64,000 nucleotides of DNA. Origin: a virus (lineage: Duplodnaviria; Caudoviricetes). The DNA lies in the IMG/VR virus record IMGVR_UViG_3300037601_000088, positions 32,001 to 96,000 of that record, one strand, 5' to 3'. The position numbers were made by a program, and so were the translations under genes. The notes beneath the pieces are model-generated. The model was not told the DNA's origin, did no database searches, and saw only the letters and a list, made by a program, of their open reading frames with translations. This document shows, piece after piece, positions 29,684 through 38,719 of the stretch. The stretch's first letter is position 1, and each line of letters begins with the position of its first letter.

Positions 29684-31690
29684 ATGGAAAATTCAGTAAG
29701 CATAGCACGTCAACAAAGAGAAGAACAAGAACAAGAATCACTTATGGAGAGGTTAAACTCTTCAATAGGCGGTGTTTCTGACAGTAATATATCTGTTAAA
29801 AATGAGTTGAGTAAACTTGTAGAAAAAACAAAACAAGCCTCTATTCAAAATGATTCTATAAATCTCATAAATCAAAATGATTATGCAACCAAATTTTCTA
29901 TGTTTAATGCAAGAGAATTATCAGATGCAATTGAAGGTGCTTTAAGTAAAGCATTAATTCAATCGCAGCCTCCACCAATACCTATACCTTTACCAATCAC
30001 AATTGAAAGAGAAAGTGATTTCTCTAGAGATTCGACCTTGGAAGATATAAAAAATGGGTTAGAGAAAGAACCATCAATCTATTCTAATATAAAAGATGGA
30101 TTAAATGCTGCAGTAACTCAGCTCAAGCAGGTTGGTGATTATCTAATACAAAGTAAAGATTTTCTATTTAGTTCCATGGGCATTGAACAAGATACTCTTG
30201 ATGCTATCCGTGAACAAAATGAAAGATATGCCTCTCAATTTTTAAGGGATGATGCAGAAGAAGATAGAAAATTAACGATATTTAATGTCATCGGTGAAAA
30301 GCTAAAAGAAAATCTAAAAGAAGCCTTTGAAGATCTTGATATACATTTTGATGGAAGGGTGTCAAATACGTATAGAGTTTTTGGTGGTTTATTCGGCTTC
30401 CTGGGAGCATTGACAAGTGCTCTTATGCCTTTTATGGGCATTATAGCCGGTGGTGCAATCGTTGCAGTCCTTGTTTCTTCTTTTGAATTTTTTACCGAAT
30501 TTGAAAGGACTGGCAGAGCTTTTCAGCAATTATTAGATGGTGGATTTTTAAATGCTATTCCTAATTTGATTAATTTATTTGGTGCGGTCGGTGAAGATCT
30601 TGGAAACATGGTTCAGACAACTGAAAGATTTGATAGATTAGTCTCAGCAATCGGAGATATTTTTACAAACCATCTCTTTCCTGCGATGGAATACTTATTT
30701 AATCTTTTATCAGAAATGGTTGTATCTTTATCCGATTATCTTCAGGGAGAAGGCGGTCAAAAGTTAACTGATTCTTTAATATCTTTTTCTTATTTTGTTA
30801 CAGATGTATTGATCTTTTTCTTTGAGTCTGTATTACCTCCTATATTAGATACGATAGGATTTGCTTTCAGAACAGCAGAAACAGCAATAAGAGCAACGAC
30901 TCCTGCGTTTGTTTTCATTTTTACAGAAATGTTGCCGGGGCTTTTGAGGGGTATTGAAAGACAATTTACCGCTATAGGCGACTATATACAAAATATAATC
31001 GATGATTTTGCGGCAATATTTAATTCAGAAAATCCTATTCAATTTGCTAACAGCTTTACAAATGTTTCTGTTTCTCTATCTGGATTTGTTCTATCAACGA
31101 TTGATAATATACTTTCAACCATAATGGATGTGTTTGCAATCGATGATTTACTTGGGGTAGAGGATGGAACTTTGGTTTCTGAAATGTTATCAGATTTATT
31201 TTCAAGCTTATCTGAAAAATTTATTGATTTTGTTTCTAATGTAAGAGATGCCTTTGTAGAAAAGATAGATGAAATAACAGATTACATTATGAGTTTGGAT
31301 CCTTTAGAATTAATAATTGATAAAATACAAATGTTTGTTAATTCTATTGTAGATCTTATTCCAACACCCGCTGACATTTTAAATGGTATTAGAGGGTTTG
31401 TTACCGATATACCATTGATACCAGATGCTGTCAGGGATAGGTTATTAGGAGTGGGTACAGTTCAAGCTTCTGAGATACAATCTCCAGCCACGGTTGTTCC
31501 TGGTGCAATTCGTGAAATACAAGCAAGAGAAGAATTAACGCGTGAGCTTAATATGATCATCAATACTCCGCAAACTCAAGTCCAGCCTAGACAAACTCCA
31601 GGTATTTCCAGACCTTCAGGAGTTCCTAGAACTTCGCCAAACATGACACCATCTGATAGAGTTCTTTATGGATTTGGTGAATTAAGATAA
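29684..31690 (+). CDS. tape-measure-like (gp29-like) protein
   Basis: 668 aa helical protein with hydrophobic G/A-rich segment and amphipathic repeats; late promoter. Confidence 0.55.
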   Translation: MENSVSIARQQREEQEQESLMERLNSSIGGVSDSNISVKNELSKLVEKTKQASIQNDSINLINQNDYATKFSMFNARELSDAIEGALSKALIQSQPPPIPIPLPITIERESDFSRDSTLEDIKNGLEKEPSIYSNIKDGLNAAVTQLKQVGDYLIQSKDFLFSSMGIEQDTLDAIREQNERYASQFLRDDAEEDRKLTIFNVIGEKLKENLKEAFEDLDIHFDGRVSNTYRVFGGLFGFLGALTSALMPFMGIIAGGAIVAVLVSSFEFFTEFERTGRAFQQLLDGGFLNAIPNLINLFGAVGEDLGNMVQTTERFDRLVSAIGDIFTNHLFPAMEYLFNLLSEMVVSLSDYLQGEGGQKLTDSLISFSYFVTDVLIFFFESVLPPILDTIGFAFRTAETAIRATTPAFVFIFTEMLPGLLRGIERQFTAIGDYIQNIIDDFAAIFNSENPIQFANSFTNVSVSLSGFVLSTIDNILSTIMDVFAIDDLLGVEDGTLVSEMLSDLFSSLSEKFIDFVSNVRDAFVEKIDEITDYIMSLDPLELIIDKIQMFVNSIVDLIPTPADILNGIRGFVTDIPLIPDAVRDRLLGVGTVQASEIQSPATVVPGAIREIQAREELTRELNMIINTPQTQVQPRQTPGISRPSGVPRTSPNMTPSDRVLYGFGELR

Positions 31691-31691
31691 T

Positions 31692-31734
31692 AAAAAACGC
31701 CGCGTTTGAAATAACATAATCCAAACGCGGCGTT
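31692..31734 (-). terminator. intrinsic terminator (probably bidirectional)
   Basis: 13-bp GC-rich stem 31696-31708/31722-31734 with a U-tract on the minus strand. Confidence 0.8.
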
Positions 31735-31971
31735 CTTCATGTATTTAAGGTAAATACATAACCTGAAGAACTTTGGCATCTTACATTCTTCCTTTAAGGC
31801 CCATCTACAACCTTAAACACTTCGAATAAGAACTACTGTGGCAGATCACAGTTGCTTACAGGAACCACCAAGTAAACTTTAAGATAATTTAGGTGGTTGT
31901 GAAAAATATACGTACTATTTTTCCCTAAATTATCTTTTGGATGGATATCAGTTCTTAATTACCCAACCAAT
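31692..31971 (-). ncRNA. candidate structured ncRNA B (about 280 nt)
   Basis: Own promoter, at least six stems plus terminator; no ORF. Confidence 0.6.
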
Positions 31972-31977
31972 AATTTA

Positions 31978-32007
31978 TATATACATCGATTCTTCTTATA
32001 TGTAAAC
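31978..32007 (-). promoter_or_regulatory. early promoter GTTTACA-17-TATATA
   Basis: Same class as the promoters at 13770 and 14630. Confidence 0.7.
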
Positions 32008-32012
32008 AGCCT

Positions 32013-32065
32013 TAAGTGTCATATTTGACTCTTAATTTATCATTAACAACCAAATATGACACTTA
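32013..32065. repeat. 15-bp perfect inverted repeat
   Basis: TAAGTGTCATATTTG 32013-32027 / CAAATATGACACTTA 32051-32065. Confidence 0.85.
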
Positions 32066-32068
32066 GTG

Positions 32069-32214
32069 TTACTGCACATTTCTGGAAAGCACCAGAGATT
32101 ATTCCTGATATCTCCCAACCTTTACCGCGCTATGATCAACTCGCATCAGCTCAAGTATGTCACTTTCGAAGGGTGTGAATCGCTTTTCACCAGCTCTCCA
32201 GAAATGTGCAGTAA
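32069..32214 (-). ncRNA. candidate structured ncRNA A (about 146 nt, 22-bp closing stem)
   Basis: 18-bp perfect terminal inverted repeat extended by a G-U pair only on the minus strand; begins at the predicted TSS. Confidence 0.7.
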
Positions 32215-32217
32215 TTT

Positions 32218-32247
32218 TTTATACACAAAGTAAAAGCTTATGTAAAC
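32218..32247 (-). promoter_or_regulatory. early promoter GTTTACA-17-TATAAA
   Basis: Same class; predicted TSS near 32212. Confidence 0.72.
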
Positions 32248-32379
32248 CTTTTTTATGCGTAATATTTTGGTGGCTCGGGATCAATCCACCAATTATCATT
32301 TTCAGCAGGCCTAAAAAGAAAAGGCCTGAGACTATATCGAAAATTTTTAATATAACCTTTTGAATAAATAATAACCATT

Positions 32380-33783
32380 TTATACCTCTGCTTTCTTGCG
32401 AATTTCATCAAAGTATGAGAAAATATTGAATTTACCGTTTGTAAAAACAGGCTTCAATAAATTACCGCTATACTTTTCAATCTGAGCAAAATCATTTCTC
32501 GTGTAAGGTTCAAATTTATTACTCACAGACTGAATACCCGCTTTAGATACTTTTTTAGTATCTGTCACTGGTTTCTTATAAACAGGAAGAATTTCATCTC
32601 CTATTTTGATAGCACATGCTTTCATTGCGTAACCAAGACTATCACGATTTACTTTTTGCAATAATCCTGCACCCATACCGAAGGCAATATTATCTGCAGA
32701 CCATCCATTTTTTCGATAGTTTTCTAGAATATTGCCAATTGAATGAATATTCACGCCATCACCTTGAATGATACGAACATTATTTAAAACTTTAAATCCT
32801 TTGGTATTAAGAGTATAACCAAAACGTTTACCTAAAATTTCAATAACATCCAATGTAACATCAATTGGATCTCCAGAATCTGGCCGAATAACAAGAGTTG
32901 CCTGAGAATCAATAATCTTTTGTTTTAAATGTGTCCCCCATAATTCATCACATGCTCGGTAAATATCATAAGAATCTGATACACAAGCAAGTAATGCCTC
33001 AGGTTTTGCAAACTGATTTAACATATTATCAAAAGCATCAATTTCTTTATCAGGACCACCCCATGCAGTGATTGTACTATGTTCAGATGCAGGGATAGAG
33101 AATCCTGTAGAATTAATGCCGGCGCCATAATTTTCCCTAAGATATATCAGGGAAGTTAAAGTGTCAGTCCCCATAAAATTAATTAAATGAGCACCACCAC
33201 CAATTCGGGCCTGTTCTTCAGAGGTTGTTCCACGCGCACCAAAATCATGAAGTTTGAATGGAAGCCCATCTAAATTATCAGCGGTCATTTCGAGATAACC
33301 TTTGATAATTTTTTTAACTTCACGAGATAGTGTCGCCACGGTTGAAGGATACCAAACAGCTCGTAGAATAACGGTTTCCAAGAAGCTTGTTAACCAAAAG
33401 CATTTTGGATCAGTGTTATAGACTTGAACCTGCGGTACACCTACAGGAAAAACTGTTCCTTCTGGAAGAGCCTCAATTACAATAGGAAGTCTTCCTTCGT
33501 GAACATTTAGAATATATTCCCAACCTTCACGATTGAATGGTACACCATGAGCTTTACAAACAAGATCAGCTTGATTGATCTTTTGTTGAGTAACAACTTG
33601 ACCGACCAAATAATTCCTTATAAAAGCCTGAAGGCCGAAGTTGACAATTTCATCCGTGTAATTCATTTCAGCTGAGGTATAGCGAGGCTCAATATATGAA
33701 TACACTGTCTCGGTTTTTGGCGGATATTGAAGATAGTGGCTGTGTTTATAGCTATCAGCCATTAAGAGTAAATTATTTTCCAT
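32380..33783 (-). CDS. nadV: nicotinamide phosphoribosyltransferase (NAMPT)
   Basis: DSYKHSH, WYPSTVAT, LHDFGARG, PASEHS, VSDSYD, IRPDSGDP and IIQGDG motifs. Confidence 0.95.
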   Translation of the reverse strand: MENNLLLMADSYKHSHYLQYPPKTETVYSYIEPRYTSAEMNYTDEIVNFGLQAFIRNYLVGQVVTQQKINQADLVCKAHGVPFNREGWEYILNVHEGRLPIVIEALPEGTVFPVGVPQVQVYNTDPKCFWLTSFLETVILRAVWYPSTVATLSREVKKIIKGYLEMTADNLDGLPFKLHDFGARGTTSEEQARIGGGAHLINFMGTDTLTSLIYLRENYGAGINSTGFSIPASEHSTITAWGGPDKEIDAFDNMLNQFAKPEALLACVSDSYDIYRACDELWGTHLKQKIIDSQATLVIRPDSGDPIDVTLDVIEILGKRFGYTLNTKGFKVLNNVRIIQGDGVNIHSIGNILENYRKNGWSADNIAFGMGAGLLQKVNRDSLGYAMKACAIKIGDEILPVYKKPVTDTKKVSKAGIQSVSNKFEPYTRNDFAQIEKYSGNLLKPVFTNGKFNIFSYFDEIRKKAEV

Positions 33784-33785
33784 TT

Positions 33786-33831
33786 CATAAGTTCCTTATG
33801 TTAGTTTGAATATTGAACGTCTATCGTTCAA
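33786..33831 (-). promoter_or_regulatory. AUAGA-loop hairpin plus RBS-sequestering hairpin (copy 1)
   Basis: UUGAACG-AUAGA-CGUUCAA, then CAUAAG-GAA-CUUAUG over the RBS. Confidence 0.6.
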
Positions 33832-34148
33832 ATGACCATGAGAATTTCTTTAGCAATTTCTAAAATTTTATTAAAATCACTATAATCAAGAGTTTTGTCA
33901 AGATTATTGACAAAAATTTGTGCATCATGTAAACACAAATTTTTCATATAACCTGGCTGTGACCATTTTTCATAATACCAGGCTCCGTCCGTGTCTCCTT
34001 TCTTATATTTTATTCTATAAATTTCTTCAGCAATAGGAATTAGAGGATTATCTATAATTTGTTTCTCTAATGCTTCTCTTTTTTCAAGAAGCATTTCGAG
34101 TTCAGATTCGACTGATTGAATGTTTCTATTAACTTGATCTAAATTCAT
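33828..34148 (-). CDS. hypothetical protein
   Basis: AGGAG RBS; N-terminal coiled coil. Confidence 0.7.
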   Translation of the reverse strand: MNLDQVNRNIQSVESELEMLLEKREALEKQIIDNPLIPIAEEIYRIKYKKGDTDGAWYYEKWSQPGYMKNLCLHDAQIFVNNLDKTLDYSDFNKILEIAKEILMVI

Positions 34149-34151
34149 AAT

Positions 34152-35240
34152 TTAAACTCCTAGCATATCTTTGACAATAAAATAATGATCCTCAAACATT
34201 TTTTTAGGATTCAATTCATTTAATGGTACCCATTTTGCTTTGTCAGCATCGTCAGAACCCCTAACTTTTGGTAGTGAAGTTTGAGCCGGCAAACTAATCA
34301 AAAAAGCCTGAGTAATTAACCTACCACGAGCAGACCTATGTGGATCATCATAAGTTTTACTTTCTTTAATTGATCCACGAAGAACAGCTTCAGGTACCTT
34401 AAGTTTTGTTTCTTCCTTAAGTTCTCGGATAGCGGCATCTTCTAATTTTTCGTATTCATGAATAAAACCTCCAGGAAGGGCCCAAATGCCTTTGCCTGGT
34501 TCTGACCTTCTACGAACAAGAAGAATATGACCAGATTGAACAACAACAGCATCAACGGTATGTTCAATACGAGGATATTTACTTACACCTTTTTTATAAA
34601 CTTCAATAAATTCTTGTTCAGTTTTTAGCTTCGTATATGTTTCTGTTTTTTGAAATTTTTTAAGAAACTCCAAAGAATCATTAGAAAGAAAATTATTTAA
34701 AGCATTTTGTGCGGTATGAGTTCCGGTTTCAGGATCCCAACTAGGATTTATTGCTCCATAACTCCAATAAAGTTCTCTAAGATCAGTAGCATTAATTGGA
34801 TCTAAAAATTCTACAGATTCATTTCCCCATGTAGGGAATAATTTGAGATAATAACTAGTATGATCCTTTGCGCAACCAATAAGACCAATCTTATCATTTT
34901 CGTTAGTTTCGTTATCAACCAACTCACGAACTTCTTCAATCCAACTATTATCATTATATGTATGATCATTAAGAGGGAGAATTACTAATGAGTTATCAAC
35001 ATCATATTGACAACTAAATTCACCTTGTTGGTGATCATATAAACCATATGTTCGTTGAATCATATGTTTACGTTCTTCAAACGTAAAAGGATTACGCATG
35101 CTCCTGCCAGAATTAGCAGAACCAATGAGAACAATTACTTTTTTAGAAAGTTCGAGAGCACGGTCAATTACGCGCTTATGGCCATTATGAAATGGCTGGA
35201 ATCTCCCTATGAAAACTAGGGCATCATACTTATAAGTCAT
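34152..35240 (-). CDS. nadM: bifunctional NMN adenylyltransferase / Nudix ADP-ribose pyrophosphatase (NadM-Nudix)
   Basis: GRFQPFHNGH, NPFTFEER, Nudix box LPGGF..AAIRELKEET and FEDH motifs. Confidence 0.93.
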   Translation of the reverse strand: MTYKYDALVFIGRFQPFHNGHKRVIDRALELSKKVIVLIGSANSGRSMRNPFTFEERKHMIQRTYGLYDHQQGEFSCQYDVDNSLVILPLNDHTYNDNSWIEEVRELVDNETNENDKIGLIGCAKDHTSYYLKLFPTWGNESVEFLDPINATDLRELYWSYGAINPSWDPETGTHTAQNALNNFLSNDSLEFLKKFQKTETYTKLKTEQEFIEVYKKGVSKYPRIEHTVDAVVVQSGHILLVRRRSEPGKGIWALPGGFIHEYEKLEDAAIRELKEETKLKVPEAVLRGSIKESKTYDDPHRSARGRLITQAFLISLPAQTSLPKVRGSDDADKAKWVPLNELNPKKMFEDHYFIVKDMLGV

Positions 35241-35287
35241 CGAAAAACTCCTCTTCGACTAATGTATACTGGAGTCTATCTCCAATA
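35240..35287 (-). promoter_or_regulatory. AUAGA-loop hairpin plus RBS-sequestering hairpin (copy 2)
   Basis: UAUUGGAG-AUAGA-CUCCAGUA, then UCGAAGAG-GAG-UUUUUCGA covering the RBS and the A of AUG. Confidence 0.6.
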
Positions 35288-35303
35288 ATTATTTATTGTA
35301 TTT

Positions 35304-35684
35304 TTATTCTATAATTTTTGCAATTTGAAATCTTTTTTTCTCAAGGTGAGAATAATTACTTAAAATCGTATCAATTTCATCTTTAATTTCACCCAAAGAA
35401 CCAAATGTTCTAGATGCATAAAATGCATCTTTATTATACAAAAGAATATATTCTTCTTCTACATATTCTTTGTCAATATCATACCAAGAATAGCCTTCTT
35501 TATCTTTAGAATTCACAAAGGAAGACCATTCTCCTGTTTTTTTGAAAGATATTGCTGTCCCGCCTTTGCAAGTAAATCCAATATAATAATGCATTGAATC
35601 TTCGTCACTAAATTCATTTTTAGCAGCAATAAAAACTTTCGCACCATCTTTGGTGAGATAATATTTTCCAACTTCAATTTCCAT
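35304..35684 (-). CDS. hypothetical protein
   Basis: GGAG RBS; EVGKYYLTKDG phage motif. Confidence 0.7.
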   Translation of the reverse strand: MEIEVGKYYLTKDGAKVFIAAKNEFSDEDSMHYYIGFTCKGGTAISFKKTGEWSSFVNSKDKEGYSWYDIDKEYVEEEYILLYNKDAFYASRTFGSLGEIKDEIDTILSNYSHLEKKRFQIAKIIE

Positions 35685-35850
35685 AGATTATTTCTCCGCA
35701 TCTTTCTAAATCATGAGAAAATTCCAAACAAGATCGAAAGGCATTATTTTCATGCCTTTCGATATCTACCTTTGCTATTTCTTTGGCAATATACATGAAA
35801 GTAACACACGCCATAAAAATAACGAATACAAGGAAGTCTTTTTTACCCAA
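35674..35850 (-). CDS. small membrane protein
   Basis: Probable TTG start overlapping the upstream stop; one TM helix. Confidence 0.45.
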   Translation of the reverse strand: MGKKDFLVFVIFMACVTFMYIAKEIAKVDIERHENNAFRSCLEFSHDLERCGEIIYGN

Positions 35851-36226
35851 GTTCTTCAAGCTCTTTAAGAATATCTTCTTTAGATTTGCTTGATAGTTCT
35901 TCATTTTCCTTTGTAGCAAGTGCTTCCAAAAGCTTTTCACGTTTAGCCGCGCGATCAGCTTTAGCTTTTTCTACTTCTTTTTCTTCCTGTTTAACTGAAA
36001 TAATATATTTCAGAATATCAAGCTGAAGAGTAAAAATAGCTTTGCTTGGATGCGGCCGAGTATTAATAAAACTTTCCTCGGTCACTTCTTTCAAATTTGT
36101 ATTAACATCACGAGCAATTTTATCGAGACGAGTCAGAGAAAGATCCCATAACTGTTCAACAGTAAGTTCGCCTACATTTGAGTTAAAGCGAACTTTTTTT
36201 CGAGATGCCTTTTCAAAAATATCCAT
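35843..36226 (-). CDS. conserved phage coiled-coil protein
   Basis: FEKASR.K.RF..G.L.VEQLWDL motif; AAGGA RBS. Confidence 0.75.
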   Translation of the reverse strand: MDIFEKASRKKVRFNSNVGELTVEQLWDLSLTRLDKIARDVNTNLKEVTEESFINTRPHPSKAIFTLQLDILKYIISVKQEEKEVEKAKADRAAKREKLLEALATKENEELSSKSKEDILKELEELG

Positions 36227-36240
36227 TTTATATTTCCTTT

Positions 36241-38256
36241 CTAAAACTGGACTTCATATGGTTTGTTATCTACTTTTAATAAAACTGTATTCTTTTGAGT
36301 TGATGAAAAACCTACTCCGGATAATTGATCCATCGTATTTTCGCATTTGGTTTTATCACCTAAAATCTCAAAAACTTTCCTATGCTTTCCTAACTCGGAT
36401 TTCAAAAATTCATTATAAATACCCCTGGTCGGATTTGGATTTTTACACCCAGATAGAATAAAGAACCAATGTTTGTTACCAACATTATTTTCATCCCAGT
36501 GATTAGGACTATACATAATAGTGTCAACAGACACAAATTGTTCTGTTTGAATTCCCCATTTTTCAATGGAATATGAACCACCTACAACATTTTTAGGTGA
36601 GAGTACATTAATATTACTCAATTCGCCGTTTGTAATAATAAGTTCTAAACAATGAACTGTTTTTTTGTCACTAAGACCCTTTTCATGAACATAATTAGAA
36701 ATTTTTCCTTTATATTCAACCTCTAATTCAAAACCAGGTCTTACTGAAGATCTACGATTATATTGATTTACATGAATTTCATATTTTCCATCTAATGGCA
36801 TTTTACTCCATTGAAGATTTTCAACAGGGTTTTTATTATTAGTCTGACCCCCAGCATTCATATCGACATCTAAGATACCTTTTTTATCTCCAAAATAGAT
36901 ATGCATACCATTTGGAGTATAACAATGAATATCAAGATCATCTGAATTATGCCAACCAAGACTTACTCTTAACTCAGCATCAACATTACCACCAGCCTTT
37001 TTAACTCTTTCTTTGATTGAATCTGTAACATTTCCATCATATGACCACCCGAAGTTATTATTCCATTGGAAAATCGGTTTAGCCATTTCATGAATTGGTG
37101 CAGTCAAAGACATAAAATTGCCGGCGTGATTTGATTTCAACATAATTTCAATGGATTTAGAATTAGGAACAATATTGTTCATAAAATCATCAATCGAAAT
37201 TTTTTGAGTTCCCTTCGATGGCTTTGTTTTGACCTTAACTTCTTCCATAAGAAGATTTTCAATTCCATCTTTCATTTTAGATTGAACAGAATTATTAACG
37301 AAAAGAACATTGTTAACAGAAACATCAGAAAGCTTAGCAAAACGCCGCTCCAATGATTCCTGAATGCCAAGTTCTTCAATGGTCTTCATTGCATCTTTAA
37401 CCATTGAAGGCGTAATCAAAGCTTTAGGCCGTTTATAATTTGCCGGTGCAACTTTATTTTCAAAAGCTTTTACAGCATCTTCTAAAGAAACTCCTGACGA
37501 AATATCTTGAATTAACGTACCAATCACAGTATTTCTAAAACGTGCAACCGAGTCATTTACATTCTTCCAAGCATAAAGGCTTTTTGAATTATCATCAGAA
37601 AGCTTATCAAAAGCTTTTTTATGCTTTAGAAAACCTTTAACCGATTTTAAATGTTCTTGACCGCGATAAAGAGAATTATCTTTAATTAATTCAATGACAT
37701 CATTAAGAGCTGCCACTGATAATTCATTTAATCCGCGATAAAAAACATCATATGATGACTTAAAACTTGACAAAACATGACCAGGATCATTATTCTGATA
37801 TTTTAAATCAGCAACGCCATGAAAATGATGCCATTTTTTGGTTTCATTTCCTTTAATTAATTCAATTGTATATTCGTTGCCAAAACCTCTATGTTTTGTA
37901 CGATAAATGTTTTCAATCGGTAAAGAATGAACAAATTTAGATAATTTTTTGGCTACGATATTGTAAGGATAATCTAATCCATCAACATCCCAAATTGATA
38001 CTATTTGATTATTAGAATCAATAGCAACAACTCTACCTAAATTTCGAATAAAATTCTTACAGCAAGAGCAATCATGGTATGTTCTTTCACGATAAAGAGG
38101 ATTTGTTCCTTCGGGAAAAGATTCCAGGTACACATCAAAAATATCCTGATTATCTAATTTAACAACATAAAGTTCATGATCTAGTAAATTTTGAATTTCA
38201 TTAAATTTATCATGAACCTTTGAGGCAAATGGTGTAAAGTTATATTCGTTTGACAT
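36241..38256 (-). CDS. conserved large phage protein with HDCSCC motif and YfaP-like domain
   Basis: YLESFP..HDCSCCKNFI, LRVSLGW..DDLDIH and LDVDMN motifs. Confidence 0.7.
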   Translation of the reverse strand: MSNEYNFTPFASKVHDKFNEIQNLLDHELYVVKLDNQDIFDVYLESFPEGTNPLYRERTYHDCSCCKNFIRNLGRVVAIDSNNQIVSIWDVDGLDYPYNIVAKKLSKFVHSLPIENIYRTKHRGFGNEYTIELIKGNETKKWHHFHGVADLKYQNNDPGHVLSSFKSSYDVFYRGLNELSVAALNDVIELIKDNSLYRGQEHLKSVKGFLKHKKAFDKLSDDNSKSLYAWKNVNDSVARFRNTVIGTLIQDISSGVSLEDAVKAFENKVAPANYKRPKALITPSMVKDAMKTIEELGIQESLERRFAKLSDVSVNNVLFVNNSVQSKMKDGIENLLMEEVKVKTKPSKGTQKISIDDFMNNIVPNSKSIEIMLKSNHAGNFMSLTAPIHEMAKPIFQWNNNFGWSYDGNVTDSIKERVKKAGGNVDAELRVSLGWHNSDDLDIHCYTPNGMHIYFGDKKGILDVDMNAGGQTNNKNPVENLQWSKMPLDGKYEIHVNQYNRRSSVRPGFELEVEYKGKISNYVHEKGLSDKKTVHCLELIITNGELSNINVLSPKNVVGGSYSIEKWGIQTEQFVSVDTIMYSPNHWDENNVGNKHWFFILSGCKNPNPTRGIYNEFLKSELGKHRKVFEILGDKTKCENTMDQLSGVGFSSTQKNTVLLKVDNKPYEVQF

Positions 38257-38280
38257 AATATATTTCCTTAAATTTTAAAA

Positions 38281-38718
38281 TTAATAGGTAGAGGTGAGGG
38301 CATCAACAGCCCTCTGCCACATCTCACGGTCATCGTGAGCCGGTCCTGGAAACTTAATGCCTGAATCTGTTGTGTAATCACGCTCCTGCGCAATGAACTC
38401 CAAAGCCTCCTGCAATCGTTCTTCACGGGCAAGGGCTTGGTCGCGTTCGGCTATAATGCGATGCAGGTCTTCTTGTAGGCGCTCAACGGGCTTGTATACG
38501 TCAGTTTCCTGTCGGTCATAATTGCTCCAAGACAAGGCGTCATATTCTCCAGTAAAGACACGCCACGCGATCCTGAAACGCTCAAAAACGGTGGGCGCAG
38601 AAAGCGGTCGAGCTGGCCCCCAGGTTCCATCTGACCATTGTCTTTCTACGGTTTTCCATTGACGCCATTCTGCCCAGTGGCGGGCGCTTATGACTGTTGG
38701 TCCATGAGTATTAACCAT
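38281..38718 (-). CDS. hypothetical protein (GC-rich cassette)
   Basis: GGAGG RBS before MVNTHG. Confidence 0.6.
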   Translation of the reverse strand: MVNTHGPTVISARHWAEWRQWKTVERQWSDGTWGPARPLSAPTVFERFRIAWRVFTGEYDALSWSNYDRQETDVYKPVERLQEDLHRIIAERDQALAREERLQEALEFIAQERDYTTDSGIKFPGPAHDDREMWQRAVDALTSTY

Positions 38719-38719
38719 T

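Noticed and set aside
32135-32172. Hammerhead-like bases (GAAA..UU..CUGAUG) inside ncRNA A
   Set aside because: Core reads CUGAUGC, not CUGANGA, and there is no room for stem I
32267-32330. Minus-strand hairpins ending in CCACCA, like a tRNA 3' end
   Set aside because: No T-loop consensus or cloverleaf; more likely 3'-end structures of the nadV mRNA
32157-32363. Plus-strand 68-aa ORF
   Set aside because: Overlaps the structured RNA and its promoter on the other strand; no RBS
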